DNA from: an uncultured Pseudomonadales bacterium
GTDB lineage: Bacteria; Patescibacteriota; Microgenomatia; UBA1400; PJMF01
Assembly (NCBI GenBank): GCA_964650185.1
Contig: CAZYRN010000005.1
Span: forward strand, 18,640-82,639
Length of the DNA stretch: 64,000 nucleotides
Direction of reading: 5' to 3'
Part shown: positions 39,099-49,248 of the stretch, piece by piece
Numbering within the stretch: position 1 is the first letter of the stretch
How the letters are laid out: each line of letters opens with the position of its first letter
Translations under genes and position numbers: made by a program
The notes under the pieces: generated by a model
The model's database searches: none
Told to the model about the DNA's origin: nothing
The model's input: only the letters and a program-made list of their open reading frames with translations

Positions 39099-39755
39099 TT
39101 GAAGATGAATTTAACCACGTACACAAAAACCGGCAACGTCAGCAAAACTCCTCTCACCGTAAACGAGGCTATTTTTGATGCGCCAGTGAATGAACAGATC
39201 CTGGCTCAAGCCATTCGCGTTTATTTATCAAATCAGCGTCAAGGTACCAGTAAAGTTAAAACCAGATCTAATGTTGCCCGAACCAAGAAAAAATGGTTTA
39301 AACAAAAAGGAACTGGTAATGCTCGACACGGTTCTAGAAACGCCAATATTTTTGTTGGCGGTGGTGTGGCTCATGGTCCAACTGGGCTAGAGAATTGGTC
39401 AAAGAAGCTGACTCAGCGCATTAAGCATCAAGCTTTAATTAGTGCTTTAAGTGCTCAGCAAGATCAAATTGCAGTGTCTGATGGTTTACAAGATCTGTCA
39501 GGCAAAACTAAAGATGCCGCAGCCTTTTTAAATAAAATATCAGCTGAAAATGAAAAAGTTTTAGTAGTAATGACTCAGTATTCAGATGAAGCATTTCGCA
39601 GCTTACGCAATATTGAAAATGTGTTGCTGACTAAAGTAACTCATCTTAATGCCTACGAGGTTGCTTTTGCAGACAAAATTATCTTCACTAGCGACGCAGT
39701 TAAGGAGTTAGAAGCCAGACTCAGCGGCAGTATTAGTACTAAGCAGAGTCAGTAA
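39099..39755 (+). CDS. rplD: 50S ribosomal protein L4
   Basis: KQKGTGNARHGS...FVGGGVAHGP. Confidence 0.85.
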   Translation: MKMNLTTYTKTGNVSKTPLTVNEAIFDAPVNEQILAQAIRVYLSNQRQGTSKVKTRSNVARTKKKWFKQKGTGNARHGSRNANIFVGGGVAHGPTGLENWSKKLTQRIKHQALISALSAQQDQIAVSDGLQDLSGKTKDAAAFLNKISAENEKVLVVMTQYSDEAFRSLRNIENVLLTKVTHLNAYEVAFADKIIFTSDAVKELEARLSGSISTKQSQ

Positions 39756-39764
39756 AGAATTATC

Positions 39765-40061
39765 ATGAATCCGCACATCATTAAACAACCAATTATCACC
39801 GAAAAAAGTCTGAGCTTAGCTAACTCACAAAATGTTTACACATTTGAAGTTGAGCCCTTAGCTAACAAGCACCAGATTAAAGAAGCAATTGAAGCTCTTT
39901 ATGGGGTGACAGTTGAGAGTGTTAACACCACTGTCCGCAATGCGCAGACAGCTAAAACCGGCCGCCGCCGCTTAGAAAAGAGCATTGGCCGGAAGAAAAA
40001 AGCTTTAATTAAAATTAAAGATGGTGAAAGTATTGAGTTATTTGATGTTTACAGCGAGTAA
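39765..40061 (+). CDS. rplW: 50S ribosomal protein L23
   Basis: [10 protein letters not shown]...YTFEV family pattern; position between rplD and rplB. Confidence 0.85.
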   Translation: MNPHIIKQPIITEKSLSLANSQNVYTFEVEPLANKHQIKEAIEALYGVTVESVNTTVRNAQTAKTGRRRLEKSIGRKKKALIKIKDGESIELFDVYSE

Positions 40062-40063
40062 AT

Positions 40064-40912
40064 ATGCTAAAGAAACAAAAACCAACCACTAGCGGTAGAA
40101 GACACCAGGTTAACACTGATCGCTCTGATCTCTATAAAGGTGAGCCGGAAAAATCTTTAGTAGCTAAAGGCCACAAGAAACGCCAGGGTCGAGGTGCTAA
40201 AGGCCGGATTACTGTCAGACATCGTGGCGGTGGGGTGAAGAAAAAGATGCGAATTATTGACTGGAAACGTGATAAACACGATATTCCAGGCCGGGTGGAG
40301 CGGATTGAGTATGATCCCATGCGCAGCGCCAACATTGCTTTAATTATTTATGCTGATGGTGAAAAACGATACATCGTGGCTCCGACTAACTTACAAGTTG
40401 ATCAGACCGTGATTGCTGGTGAAAAAGTTGAAGTGATTGATGGCAATGCCATGCCGTTACAAAACATCCCGATTGGTATTCCCGTGCACAACATTGAGAT
40501 GAGACCAGGCAAGGGCGCTCAGTTAGTCAGGGGTGCTGGGACTGCGGCTTACCTGCAATCAAAAGAAGGTAAATATGCTACGATCCAGATGCCTTCTAAA
40601 GAACTTCGATTGATAAACCTCAAGTGCTACGCTACAATTGGCCAAGTTGGAAACTCCGATTGGAAAAATCGCAAGATCGGCAAAGCTGGTCGGAAGCGGT
40701 TAATGGGTATTCGGCCCACAGTCCGTGGTACTGCTCAGCATCCAGGCAGCCATCCTCATGGAGGTGGTGAGGGCAGATCCGGAGTTGGTATGAAGTATCC
40801 GAAGACCCCATGGGGTAAACCAGCTCGAGGTAATAAGACTAGAAGTAAACGAAAAACCAATAAGTTTATCGCGTTCAGGATAGAAGAAAGAAAGCGTAAC
40901 AAAGGTAATTGA
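40064..40912 (+). CDS. rplB: 50S ribosomal protein L2
   Basis: GRRHQ...RHRGGG...HPHGGGEG. Confidence 0.95.
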   Translation: MLKKQKPTTSGRRHQVNTDRSDLYKGEPEKSLVAKGHKKRQGRGAKGRITVRHRGGGVKKKMRIIDWKRDKHDIPGRVERIEYDPMRSANIALIIYADGEKRYIVAPTNLQVDQTVIAGEKVEVIDGNAMPLQNIPIGIPVHNIEMRPGKGAQLVRGAGTAAYLQSKEGKYATIQMPSKELRLINLKCYATIGQVGNSDWKNRKIGKAGRKRLMGIRPTVRGTAQHPGSHPHGGGEGRSGVGMKYPKTPWGKPARGNKTRSKRKTNKFIAFRIEERKRNKGN

Positions 40913-40916
40913 TATT

Positions 40917-41201
40917 ATGTCAAGATCAAGTAAAAAAGGACCATACATCGATCCGAAACTGCTTAAAAAAGTGATGCAGCAGAAGGAAAAGGGTGATAAA
41001 AGCCCGATTAAAACCTGGGCTAGAGACTGCACAGTGGCGCCTGAATTTGTGGGTCACACCTTTTTAGTTCATAGCGGCAAAGATTTTAAAGAAGTATTTT
41101 GTAGCGAAGCGATGGTGGGTCATAAGCTAGGTGAGTTTGCGATTACTCGCAACTTCCGTGGTCATGGCCGCATGGTAAAGAGAACACTTACTAAGACCTA
41201 A
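40917..41201 (+). CDS. rpsS: 30S ribosomal protein S19
   Basis: [14 protein letters not shown]...GHKLGEF. Confidence 0.9.
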   Translation: MSRSSKKGPYIDPKLLKKVMQQKEKGDKSPIKTWARDCTVAPEFVGHTFLVHSGKDFKEVFCSEAMVGHKLGEFAITRNFRGHGRMVKRTLTKT

Positions 41202-41202
41202 G

Positions 41203-41685
41203 GTGAAAATGAAATTAATTGCATTACAAAAAAACGTGCGGCAGTCACCCAGAAAGGTCAGGTTAGTGGCTAATCAAGTCAAAGACCTGGAACTGGAAAC
41301 AGCCTTGCGTCAGCTCGCTGTCATTGAGCGTAAAGCGAGCTTGGTCATCTTAAAAGTGATGAAGCAGGCCATTGCTAACGCCATGAATAATCATCAGTTG
41401 CCTTTTGATCAGCTGGCGATTAAGAGTATTGAGGTTACTCCAGGAGCAACCTACAAGCGTTGGAATGCAGTTAGCCGCGGTCGAGCTCATGAAATCATGA
41501 AGCGCACCTGTCACGTTAAAATTGAGTTAGAAACTAAGCAGGCTGAAGAGAAGAAAGCTGAAGCTAAGAAACCAGTTAAAGCAGAGGCTAAGCCAGTCGA
41601 TAAGAAGCCAGCTAAGGCAGAGGCTAAGCCAGCCGCTAAGAAAACAGCAGCTAAAAAAGTTAAAAAAAGTAGCGAGAAGAAATAA
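41203..41685 (+). CDS. rplV: 50S ribosomal protein L22 (with K/A/E-rich C-terminal tail)
   Basis: QSPRKVRLVANQV...GRAHEIMKRTCHV. Confidence 0.85.
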   Translation: MKMKLIALQKNVRQSPRKVRLVANQVKDLELETALRQLAVIERKASLVILKVMKQAIANAMNNHQLPFDQLAIKSIEVTPGATYKRWNAVSRGRAHEIMKRTCHVKIELETKQAEEKKAEAKKPVKAEAKPVDKKPAKAEAKPAAKKTAAKKVKKSSEKK

Positions 41686-41688
41686 TTT

Positions 41689-42342
41689 ATGGGACAAAAA
41701 GTACACCCCACCGGCTTTCGTTTAGGAACAACTTTCAGCTGGAAGTCCCGCTGGTATGCGGATAAAGCTGATTATTCAGACCGAGTAATTGAAGATTTCA
41801 GGCTGCGAGAATATCTGGATGAGAAGTTAGCTAATGCTGGAATGGCTGAGATTAATATTGAGCGATCTTTAAAAAAGATTCGAATTGTCTTAACAGTTGC
41901 CAGACCAGGTGTGGTGATTGGCCGCGGTGGTGTCAATTTAGAAGAAATCAGAAAAGATGTGGAGAAGCTACTGAATGTTTCTAAAACCACTCGAGATAAA
42001 GTTCAAATTGATTTACAAGTTAATGAAGTTAAAGATGCTAATTTAAGTGCTAAATTAGTCGCTGAGAGAATTTCTCAGCAGCTAGCTTCACGTTACCCTC
42101 ACCGTCGGGCTGTCAGCCAGGCTTTGGAAAGGGTGATGCAAGCTGGCGCAAAAGGTGTTAAAATCCAGCTTTCCGGTAGAATCGGTGGAGCGGAAATTGG
42201 TCGGACTGAAAAGTATTATGAAGGCAGTATTCCCACTCAGACTTTGAGAGCGAATATTGATTACTATCATGAAGCCGCCAATACCCGGTCTGGTTATGTC
42301 GGCATTAAAGTATGGATTTATAAGGGAGAAGAAGAAATCTAA
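41689..42342 (+). CDS. rpsC: 30S ribosomal protein S3
   Basis: [13 protein letters not shown]... KH domain. Confidence 0.9.
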   Translation: MGQKVHPTGFRLGTTFSWKSRWYADKADYSDRVIEDFRLREYLDEKLANAGMAEINIERSLKKIRIVLTVARPGVVIGRGGVNLEEIRKDVEKLLNVSKTTRDKVQIDLQVNEVKDANLSAKLVAERISQQLASRYPHRRAVSQALERVMQAGAKGVKIQLSGRIGGAEIGRTEKYYEGSIPTQTLRANIDYYHEAANTRSGYVGIKVWIYKGEEEI

Positions 42343-42350
42343 AGGTCATT

Positions 42351-42755
42351 ATGTTGCAACCGAAAAAAACAAAGTTTCGCAAGCAGTTTCGGGGAAAGAT
42401 GGCCGGAAATGCCCAGAGTGTCAACCAGATTTCTTTTGGTGACATGGGATTAAATGATAAAACTCGATGTTGTTTCTAATCTCGGCAGATTGAAGCCGCC
42501 CGGAAAAAGATTACTTACATGACTAAGAGAACTGGTAAGTACTGGATTAGAATTTTTCCAGATAAACCAGTTACCAGCAAACCCGTGGGGGTGAAGATGG
42601 GTTCAGGTAAGGGCGATGTTGACCGCTATGTGGCCGTGGTCCTGCCAGGAACAGTTTTAATCGAATTAGGCGGAGTGCCAGATGAAATGGGCCGAGAAGC
42701 TTTGAGAAAAGCCTCTCACAAACTGTCAGTTAGAACACAGATTATTGAGAAATAA
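42351..42755 (+). CDS. rplP: 50S ribosomal protein L16, interrupted by an in-frame TAA at 42477-42479 (sequencing error, pseudogene or split gene)
   Basis: [16 protein letters not shown]...FGDMGL in frame from ATG 42351. After the TAA the same frame continues [11 protein letters not shown]...WIRIFPDKP...MGSGKG to 42755. Total length and alignment match L16 exactly. Confidence 0.8.
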
Positions 42756-42758
42756 AAC

Positions 42759-43040
42759 ATGAAACGAAACGATATTAACTTACTACACGAAAAAACTCTC
42801 GCTGAGCTGCAGGAGCAGTTAGTTGAGTTAAATCAGCAGTGGGCGAAAGCCAAGCTAGAGTTGAAAGTAAATAAGTTAAGTGATCTGCGCAGTCCTTCTA
42901 AATTAAGAGATGACATTGCCCGGGTCAAGACTATCATGAGAGAAAAAGAGTTATTAGCAGCAGTAGAAGAGTATGTGCAGCAGATCAAACAAGGGCAGGC
43001 AGCTGCTCCTGCTGAGGCAGAAGGCAGTCAGGAAGCATAA
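42759..43040 (+). CDS. rpmC: 50S ribosomal protein L29 (with A/E-rich C-terminal tail)
   Basis: Position and the LRSPSKLRDDIARVKTIMREKE pattern. Confidence 0.8.
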   Translation: MKRNDINLLHEKTLAELQEQLVELNQQWAKAKLELKVNKLSDLRSPSKLRDDIARVKTIMREKELLAAVEEYVQQIKQGQAAAPAEAEGSQEA

Positions 43041-43042
43041 GT

Positions 43043-43282
43043 ATGTCAAAAAAACAGTTACATGGCACCGTGACCTCACTCGCTACTGAAAAGACAGCGC
43101 GGGTAGAAGTAAATCGACAATGGCAGCATCCTTTATACCAGAAACGGGTTAGCCGCGGTAAAAATTATGCCTGTCATTATGAAAATCTTGAGTTAGCTTT
43201 AGGTGATGAGGTAGTGATTGAAGAATCTCGACCTTTAAGCAAAACCAAGCGTTTTAGAGTTATTGAAAAAATAGAAAAATAG
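43043..43282 (+). CDS. rpsQ: 30S ribosomal protein S17
   Basis: GTVTSLATEKTARVEV...YACHYE. Confidence 0.85.
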   Translation: MSKKQLHGTVTSLATEKTARVEVNRQWQHPLYQKRVSRGKNYACHYENLELALGDEVVIEESRPLSKTKRFRVIEKIEK

Positions 43283-43283
43283 T

Positions 43284-43658
43284 ATGATACAGTTAAGATC
43301 AACACTAGATGTGGCTGATAACAGCGGAGCTAAAAAGCTGCGAGTGATTCAGGTTTATGGTGGATCCAAGCGACGTTTTGGCTATGTTGGCGATATGGTG
43401 AGTGCTTCAGTCATTGAAGCACAGCCTCAGGGTCAGCTAAAAAAGGGTGAAATTGTGCGGGCAGTGATTGTGAGAACCAGAAAAGAGAAGCGCCGCCCCA
43501 ATGGTGAATATGTTCGATTTGATAACAATGCAGCGGTGGTGGTTCAATCCCGCAATAATCTCGATCCGATTGGCACCAGAGTTTTTGGACCAATCGCTCG
43601 AGAAGTTAAAGACCAGGGATACAACCGGGTAGCCAGTTTAGCTCCGGAGGTACTATAA
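43284..43658 (+). CDS. rplN: 50S ribosomal protein L14
   Basis: MIQLRSTLDVADNSGAKKLRVIQV. Confidence 0.9.
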   Translation: MIQLRSTLDVADNSGAKKLRVIQVYGGSKRRFGYVGDMVSASVIEAQPQGQLKKGEIVRAVIVRTRKEKRRPNGEYVRFDNNAAVVVQSRNNLDPIGTRVFGPIAREVKDQGYNRVASLAPEVL

Positions 43659-43660
43659 CT

Positions 43661-44005
43661 ATGAAATTTAAAGCAGGCGATCAAGTTCTAGTCACAGCTG
43701 GTAAAGACAAGGGTAAAAAGAGCGAAATTGTGCGCGTTATCCCTCAGCTTGACCGAGTGGTAGTTAAAGGTCTGAATCTTTACACCAAGCACGTTCGTCC
43801 ACAAGGAGAGCGCTCGGGTGATAAAGTGACTTTAGAGCGGCCATTGCCTACTGCCAAGATTGCCATTTTAAACGAAGCCGGTGAACCGGATCGGATTGGC
43901 TATCAAGTGGCTAAAGATGGTACTAAAACTAGAGTCTTTAAAAAATCTGGTCAAGCTGTGCCAGAACCAAAAACAGCTGCTAAAAAAAATAATCAGAAAA
44001 AATAA
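43661..44005 (+). CDS. rplX: 50S ribosomal protein L24
   Basis: KAGDQVLVTAGKDKGKK KOW motif. Confidence 0.85.
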   Translation: MKFKAGDQVLVTAGKDKGKKSEIVRVIPQLDRVVVKGLNLYTKHVRPQGERSGDKVTLERPLPTAKIAILNEAGEPDRIGYQVAKDGTKTRVFKKSGQAVPEPKTAAKKNNQKK

Positions 44006-44011
44006 AAATAT

Positions 44012-44569
44012 ATGAATCGTTTGCAAAAAAAATACCAGCAGGAAGTGGTGCCGCAGTTGAAAAAAGAATTCAACCAGAGCTCAGTATTTGCTGTGCCGCG
44101 AATTCGCAAGATTGTGCTCAATGTTGGCGTGACTGAACCCAAAGAAGCTCGCGCTCGCTGGCAGAAGATGGACAACATTGTGGAGCAGTTTAAGATTATT
44201 GCTGGCCAAAAGCCAATGGTGACAACTGCTCGGCAATCTATTGCCGGCTTTACGTTAAGAGAAGGTGATCCAGTGGGAGCGATGGTGACTTTAAGAGGAC
44301 AGCGAATGTGGGAGTTTTTAGACAAACTTATTTCCATTACTCTGCCTCGGGTTAAAGACTTCCAAGGTGTCTCAAGAACTGCTTTCGATGGCAATGGCAA
44401 CTACAGCTTAGGATTAGAAGAACAGATTGTTTTTCCTGAAATTGATTACGATAAAATTGATCAAGTGAGGGGCTTGCAAGTGGTGATCGTGACTGATGCT
44501 GATGAAAATCAGCCAGCCTTTAGATTACTGGAACTGTTGGGCATGCCCTTTAAGAAAGAGGAGAAGTAA
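44012..44569 (+). CDS. rplE: 50S ribosomal protein L5
   Basis: [20 protein letters not shown]...[12 protein letters not shown]. Confidence 0.9.
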   Translation: MNRLQKKYQQEVVPQLKKEFNQSSVFAVPRIRKIVLNVGVTEPKEARARWQKMDNIVEQFKIIAGQKPMVTTARQSIAGFTLREGDPVGAMVTLRGQRMWEFLDKLISITLPRVKDFQGVSRTAFDGNGNYSLGLEEQIVFPEIDYDKIDQVRGLQVVIVTDADENQPAFRLLELLGMPFKKEEK

Positions 44570-44571
44570 AT

Positions 44572-44814
44572 ATGGCTAAAACATCAAAGATTGTCAAATC
44601 AAATAAATTAAAGCAGAAAAGAGCTCAGTACGAGGAAAATTTCTTGCAGCAAGATCAGCGCAAAGAAAATCGCGTCTCGACTAGGGGTAAGAATCGGTGT
44701 AAAATCACAGGTCGTCCTAGAGGTTACATGAGTTACTTCGGATTAAGTAGAATCACGTTCCGTGAGTTAGCCAATAAAGGCGAACTCCCAGGCGTAGTAA
44801 AAGCAAGTAGGTAA
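44572..44814 (+). CDS. rpsN: 30S ribosomal protein S14 (80 aa, intermediate length, no Zn-ribbon cysteines)
   Basis: [38 protein letters not shown]. Confidence 0.8.
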   Translation: MAKTSKIVKSNKLKQKRAQYEENFLQQDQRKENRVSTRGKNRCKITGRPRGYMSYFGLSRITFRELANKGELPGVVKASR

Positions 44815-44820
44815 TTAAGC

Positions 44821-45213
44821 ATGAGTAATGATCCAATAGCAGACATGCTGATCAGAATCAAAAATGCGCACATGGCTGGGCATAAAGAAGTGGTGATGCC
44901 ACATTCTAAAATGAAGCTAGCTATCGCGCAGGTTCTTGAAGAAAATAAGTATGTCGAGCGAGTCGAGGTAATTGAAAAAGCACCTCAAAATGAAATTAAA
45001 CTGGTGCTGCGCTATGTCGGCAGCTTGCCAGCTATCACTGAGGTAAAGAGAATTTCTAAACCAGGCAGAAGATTATATGCTTCCGTCAATGAAATTCCCG
45101 AAGCTCTCGGTGGATACGGAATTACGATTGTTAGTACCAACAAAGGAGTCGTAACAGGACAGGTCGCTCGACAGAATAACGTCGGCGGTGAAATCCTGTG
45201 TCAGATTTGGTAA
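44821..45213 (+). CDS. rpsH: 30S ribosomal protein S8
   Basis: DPIADMLIRIKNA...GGEILCQIW. Confidence 0.9.
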   Translation: MSNDPIADMLIRIKNAHMAGHKEVVMPHSKMKLAIAQVLEENKYVERVEVIEKAPQNEIKLVLRYVGSLPAITEVKRISKPGRRLYASVNEIPEALGGYGITIVSTNKGVVTGQVARQNNVGGEILCQIW

Positions 45214-45215
45214 AT

Positions 45216-45755
45216 ATGTCAAAAATAGGCCGCAGACCCATTAGCATTCCAGATCAAGTTTCAGTTGCAGTATCAGATGAACAGATTCTGGTTAAAGGAC
45301 CCAAGGGTGAGCTGAGCGTGGTGGTCTTACCAGGTGTTAAAGTTGAAGTTAAAGATCAGGAGGTGACCGTATCTCGGGCCAATGAAGAAAAACAGACTAA
45401 AGCTAATCATGGCCTCATCCGCAGCTTGATTCACAATCAAGTACTTGGTGTATCTGAGGGTTTTAAAAAGACCTTGAAGATGGTGGGAACGGGTTACCGG
45501 GTGCAAGCCAAAGGAACTGGGGTGAACTTACAAGTTGGTTATTCTCATGATGTGGAATACCCCGCACCAGCTGGTATTAGCATTAAAGTTGAAGGAAACG
45601 ACACGATCGTGATTGAAGGCATCGATAAACAGCAAGTTGGTCAAGTGGCTGCTGAAATCAGAGCGATCAAACCTCCTGAGCCTTATAAGGGTAAGGGTAT
45701 TAGATATGAAGACGAAGTAGTGAGAAGAAAACAGGGCAAGACGACCGCTGCTTAA
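45216..45755 (+). CDS. rplF: 50S ribosomal protein L6
   Basis: MSKIGRRPISIP... The track ORF starts at 45198, but the conserved N-terminus is the internal Met. Confidence 0.85.
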   Translation: MSKIGRRPISIPDQVSVAVSDEQILVKGPKGELSVVVLPGVKVEVKDQEVTVSRANEEKQTKANHGLIRSLIHNQVLGVSEGFKKTLKMVGTGYRVQAKGTGVNLQVGYSHDVEYPAPAGISIKVEGNDTIVIEGIDKQQVGQVAAEIRAIKPPEPYKGKGIRYEDEVVRRKQGKTTAA

Positions 45756-45768
45756 ATAGAAATTCGTT

Positions 45769-46125
45769 ATGGCAAACATTAATCATCATCAATCACCAGT
45801 CGACAAGAGAAAAAGCCGAGTGCGCAGTAAGCTCTTTGGTACTGCTAAGCGGCCGAGGCTAACAGTCTATCGCTCCAATCATTACACCTACTTACAGGCA
45901 ATCAATGATGAAAAAGGTGAAACAGTGGCAGCCGCCAGTGACATTACTCTAAAAGATCGAGTTGGCACTAAAACTGAGCGGGCGATAAAATCTGCTCAAG
46001 AAGTAGCTGAACAACTGAAAAGTAAAAAGATTAAAAGTTTAGTTTTTGACCGCGGTTCCTATCGATATCACGGTCGGGTCAAAGCAGTGGCCAATGCCTT
46101 AAGAGCAGCTGGCTTGAAATTTTAG
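45769..46125 (+). CDS. rplR: 50S ribosomal protein L18
   Basis: RLTVYRSNHYTYLQAI...VFDRGSYRYHGRVKA. Confidence 0.85.
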   Translation: MANINHHQSPVDKRKSRVRSKLFGTAKRPRLTVYRSNHYTYLQAINDEKGETVAAASDITLKDRVGTKTERAIKSAQEVAEQLKSKKIKSLVFDRGSYRYHGRVKAVANALRAAGLKF

Positions 46126-46136
46126 TAAAGGATCAT

Positions 46137-46748
46137 ATGGCTCAACCTGTTAATAAAGAATTCGAAGAAAAGGTCATCCAAGTTGCTCGCGTGTCTAAAA
46201 AGACTAAGGGTGGTAATACCTTTGGTTTTTCTGTAGTGATGGTAGTGGGTGATAAAAAAGGTAAGGTTGGAGTGGCTAAGGGTAAAGCTCCCGATGTAGT
46301 TTCTGCTATTCGCAAGGGTGTTAAAAAAGCTAAGAAAAGGATGATTCAGGTTCCAATTGATGGCACTACTGTTCCTTTTAGTGTCAATGTCAATCAAGGT
46401 GCAGCTCAAATTATTTTAAAACCAGCCCCTCGCGGAACAGGAGTGATTGCTGGCGGACCAGTTAGAGCCGTGGTGGAAGCAGCTGGGATTAGAGATATTT
46501 CCAGCAAAATTTTGGGAACGAATAATAAAGCCAGTAATGCTTATGCAACTTTTACCGCTTTAAAGGAAATTGCCGATTTAGTGAAAATTAAAGGAATTAC
46601 TTTAAAGTCAGTGGCAGATGTAGAGAAAGAAGAAAAAGCTAAGGAGCAGGAGCTGCAAGAGCAGGCTAAAAAGAAGTCAGAAGAAGCTGCCGAGGCTGAA
46701 ACCAAATCAACCAAGCCAGCTCAGCAGAAAGCACCAGCTAAGAAATAA
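46137..46748 (+). CDS. rpsE: 30S ribosomal protein S5 (with K/E/A-rich C-terminal tail)
   Basis: VARVSKKTKGGNTFGFSVVMVVGD...PAPRGTGVIAGGPVRAV. Confidence 0.9.
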   Translation: MAQPVNKEFEEKVIQVARVSKKTKGGNTFGFSVVMVVGDKKGKVGVAKGKAPDVVSAIRKGVKKAKKRMIQVPIDGTTVPFSVNVNQGAAQIILKPAPRGTGVIAGGPVRAVVEAAGIRDISSKILGTNNKASNAYATFTALKEIADLVKIKGITLKSVADVEKEEKAKEQELQEQAKKKSEEAAEAETKSTKPAQQKAPAKK

Positions 46749-46750
46749 CT

Positions 46751-47188
46751 ATGTCAATTTTAAATCAACTCGCTAGCATTAAAGAAAATTCTAAAAAAAG
46801 AGTCGGTCGAGGTTATGGCTCAGGTAAGGGTGGTCATACTGCAGGTCACGGTACCAAAGGCCAGGGCTCTCGTGGAGGATCTAAGACGCCTTTATGGTTT
46901 GAAGGCGGTCAGCTGCCATTAGTCAGACGTTTGCCGATGTTAAGAGGTAAGGGTCGCTTTAATGTGGTTAATCCCACTGCTCAGCTAACCTTGTCAGAGC
47001 TAAACAATCTTGATATGGAAGTAGTCACTTTAGCAGCTTTAATTGAGGCTAAAATCATTGATAGCCGATTCAAGAAAGCCAAGATTATTAAATCCGGCAC
47101 AATTTCTCGCAAGGTCACAGTGGAAGGCATTGGTGTTACCGCTGGCGCACGTCAAGAGATTGAAAAAGCAGGTGGTTCTGTTAAGTAA
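46751..47188 (+). CDS. rplO: 50S ribosomal protein L15
   Basis: KKRVGRGYGSGKGGHTAGHGTKGQ. Starts 2 nt after the rpsE stop, so there is no rpmD (L30) between them. Confidence 0.85.
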   Translation: MSILNQLASIKENSKKRVGRGYGSGKGGHTAGHGTKGQGSRGGSKTPLWFEGGQLPLVRRLPMLRGKGRFNVVNPTAQLTLSELNNLDMEVVTLAALIEAKIIDSRFKKAKIIKSGTISRKVTVEGIGVTAGARQEIEKAGGSVK

Positions 47189-47214
47189 ATTAAGTTAAGA
47201 TAAGTACTGCCGAT

Positions 47215-48501
47215 ATGCAGCAATTCTTTAATCTGATCAATCGAATTTTCGCGACGCGTGACTTACGCCGAAAAATACTATTTACCTTGGGAATTTTTCT
47301 TGTTTACCGATTTTTAGCCCACATTCCGGTGCCAGGAGTTAATATTGGTCAACTGCAGGCTATTTTTGCTTCCAGTCAGTTTTTAAACATGCTTAATATT
47401 TTCTCTGGGGGAACTTTAGCCAATTTCTCCATAGCTGCGGTGGGTATTAATCCCTACATTACTGCTTCGATCGTGATGCAGCTGGCTAGCATGGTCTTTC
47501 CGCAGTTAAAAGAGATGCAGAAAGAAGGTGAATCAGGTAAGGAGCGTGTTAATCAATATACGCGGTTATTATCGGTTCCGCTGGCGGTGGTGCAGAGTGT
47601 CTCGGTCATTGCCTTACTTAACTCACAAAATCTCATCGATATGGGTAATCCAATTGCTTTAGTTGGCTTAATCACCAGCTTAGTAGCTGGTGCCATGATC
47701 ATTATGTGGCTGGGTGAATTAATCTCAGAATATGGTATTGGCAATGGCATCTCCATGATTTTATTAGGTGGTATTGTCAGCCAATTCCCCCTAGCGTTTG
47801 CGCAAACCGCGGCATCATCAAGCTCACAGCAAACAGCAACTATGCTGACTTTTGGAGTGGTCGGTTTAGCGATGATTGCCTTAATTGTCTTCATGAATGA
47901 AGCCGTTAGAAAAGTGAACATTCAATATGCGCGACGGGCTCGTGGCAGTCGTGTCTATGGCGGCCAGACCACTCACTTGCCGATTAGGGTTAATGTGGCT
48001 GGGGTGATGCCGATTATTTTTGCGGTATCGATCATGATGCTACCCTCTTTCTTATCAAGAATTTTAATCTCTGCTGGCAATGCACAGCTGGTACAGATTG
48101 GTCAGGTGCTCGCCATTTGGGCCAATCCCACCTCTGCCCCTTACATGATCTTTTATTTCTTGCTGGTCTTTAGCTTCACCTTTTTCTCAGCTTTGTTATT
48201 CTTTAATGCTGAAGAGATGTCCGGTGAACTGAAGAAGAGCGGTGCTTTTGTCCCTGGTATTAGACCTGGCAGTCCCACGAAGAAGTTCCTGGAATATATT
48301 GTGACCAGAATTAGCTTGGCTGGAGCGATTTTCCTAGGTTTCATTGCCTTGACTCCTTCATTTGCTCAGCTCTTTACTGGAGTTGGCAACCTAGCGATTG
48401 GTGGAACTTCCATTTTAATTGTTGTCTCGGTCATTTTAGAAACGTCAAAACAGGTCGAAGCGCTACTTGTCGGCCAAAACTATGAACGATACATCCGCTA
48501 A
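47215..48501 (+). CDS. secY: Preprotein translocase subunit SecY
   Basis: 10-TM protein with SecY signature blocks (GINPYITASIVMQL etc.). Confidence 0.9.
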   Translation: MQQFFNLINRIFATRDLRRKILFTLGIFLVYRFLAHIPVPGVNIGQLQAIFASSQFLNMLNIFSGGTLANFSIAAVGINPYITASIVMQLASMVFPQLKEMQKEGESGKERVNQYTRLLSVPLAVVQSVSVIALLNSQNLIDMGNPIALVGLITSLVAGAMIIMWLGELISEYGIGNGISMILLGGIVSQFPLAFAQTAASSSSQQTATMLTFGVVGLAMIALIVFMNEAVRKVNIQYARRARGSRVYGGQTTHLPIRVNVAGVMPIIFAVSIMMLPSFLSRILISAGNAQLVQIGQVLAIWANPTSAPYMIFYFLLVFSFTFFSALLFFNAEEMSGELKKSGAFVPGIRPGSPTKKFLEYIVTRISLAGAIFLGFIALTPSFAQLFTGVGNLAIGGTSILIVVSVILETSKQVEALLVGQNYERYIR

Positions 48502-48606
48502 GGATTTAGCTGCAATTGCCATCAGCTGTAGCCGCATTTTTCTTCTTGAATTATCGATAAAAAAAGGTATATTACCTAGGTCATAGTAAACAACAGGGGA
48601 GCGTTT

Positions 48607-49143
48607 ATGAAACTTATTTTGATTGGAATCCAGGGAGCTGGAAAATCCACCCAAGGCAATCTACTCTCCAAAGCTTTACAAGTTCCTTATCTATCTTCCG
48701 GTCATATTTTTCGGCAGATGTCAAAAGAAAACCGCTGGATCAAAGAAATTTTAGCTTCTGGCCAGCTGGTTCCCGATAAAACCGTCTTAGAGATCATCGA
48801 AGGCTACCTGTCCAAGCCAGAGTACCAGGAAGGCTATATTCTGGATGGTTTCCCTAGAACTGTTAATCAGGCAAAAAAATTCCATAATGGCATTGATAAA
48901 GTCATTTTCCTGGAAGTTTCTGATAAAGAAGCTTTATGGCGATTGTCTGGCAGAGAGTCTGAGCGCGAAGATGAGACTTTAATGGCCATCAGAAAACGAA
49001 TTCAACTCTTCCATCAAGAGACCAAACCAGTGATTGATTATTTTGCCGCTGAGGGCAAACTTTTAACTGTGGATGGCGAGCAAGATGTTGATGGTGTGTT
49101 TGAGAGCATAATGGCGGGCTTGAATCTGCCAGAAGTAGCGTAA
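48607..49143 (+). CDS. adk: Adenylate kinase (short-LID type)
   Basis: P-loop GIQGAGKSTQG and the LDGFPRT motif. Confidence 0.85.
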   Translation: MKLILIGIQGAGKSTQGNLLSKALQVPYLSSGHIFRQMSKENRWIKEILASGQLVPDKTVLEIIEGYLSKPEYQEGYILDGFPRTVNQAKKFHNGIDKVIFLEVSDKEALWRLSGRESEREDETLMAIRKRIQLFHQETKPVIDYFAAEGKLLTVDGEQDVDGVFESIMAGLNLPEVA

Positions 49144-49184
49144 AACCGTCGCTCAATAAAAAAACAGCCTTTTTACTTCAAGCC

Positions 49185-49213
49185 ATGACACCAGATGTAT
49201 AATTTGGTATAAT
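49185..49213 (+). promoter_or_regulatory. Candidate infA promoter: -35 atgaca, 17 nt, -10 tataat; an overlapping extended -10 tgtataat lies upstream
   Basis: Read directly from the adk-infA spacer. Confidence 0.35.
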
Positions 49214-49248
49214 ATACGTTCTGTACCAGTTACAGATAATTAACTATT

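Noticed and set aside
42477-42479. In-frame TAA in rplP as programmed stop-codon readthrough or non-standard code
   Set aside because: All neighbouring genes terminate with TAA, TAG or TGA normally. UAA followed by U is the strongest termination context. Selenocysteine and pyrrolysine use UGA/UAG. A point error or true nonsense allele is more parsimonious. It is kept as a finding but not as recoding.
43993-44400. Antisense ORFs inside ribosomal and housekeeping genes (e.g. 43993-44400, 47553-47921, 51947-52324, 52525-52821, 31090-31787, 612-800, 2415-2603, 4486-4927)
   Set aside because: Fully embedded opposite or out of frame within strongly supported conserved genes. Typical shadow ORFs.
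46748-46751. Missing rpmD (L30) as an assembly gap
   Set aside because: rpsE stop and rplO start are separated by 2 nt of continuous sequence. Absence is genuine at this locus and consistent with CPR-type gene content.
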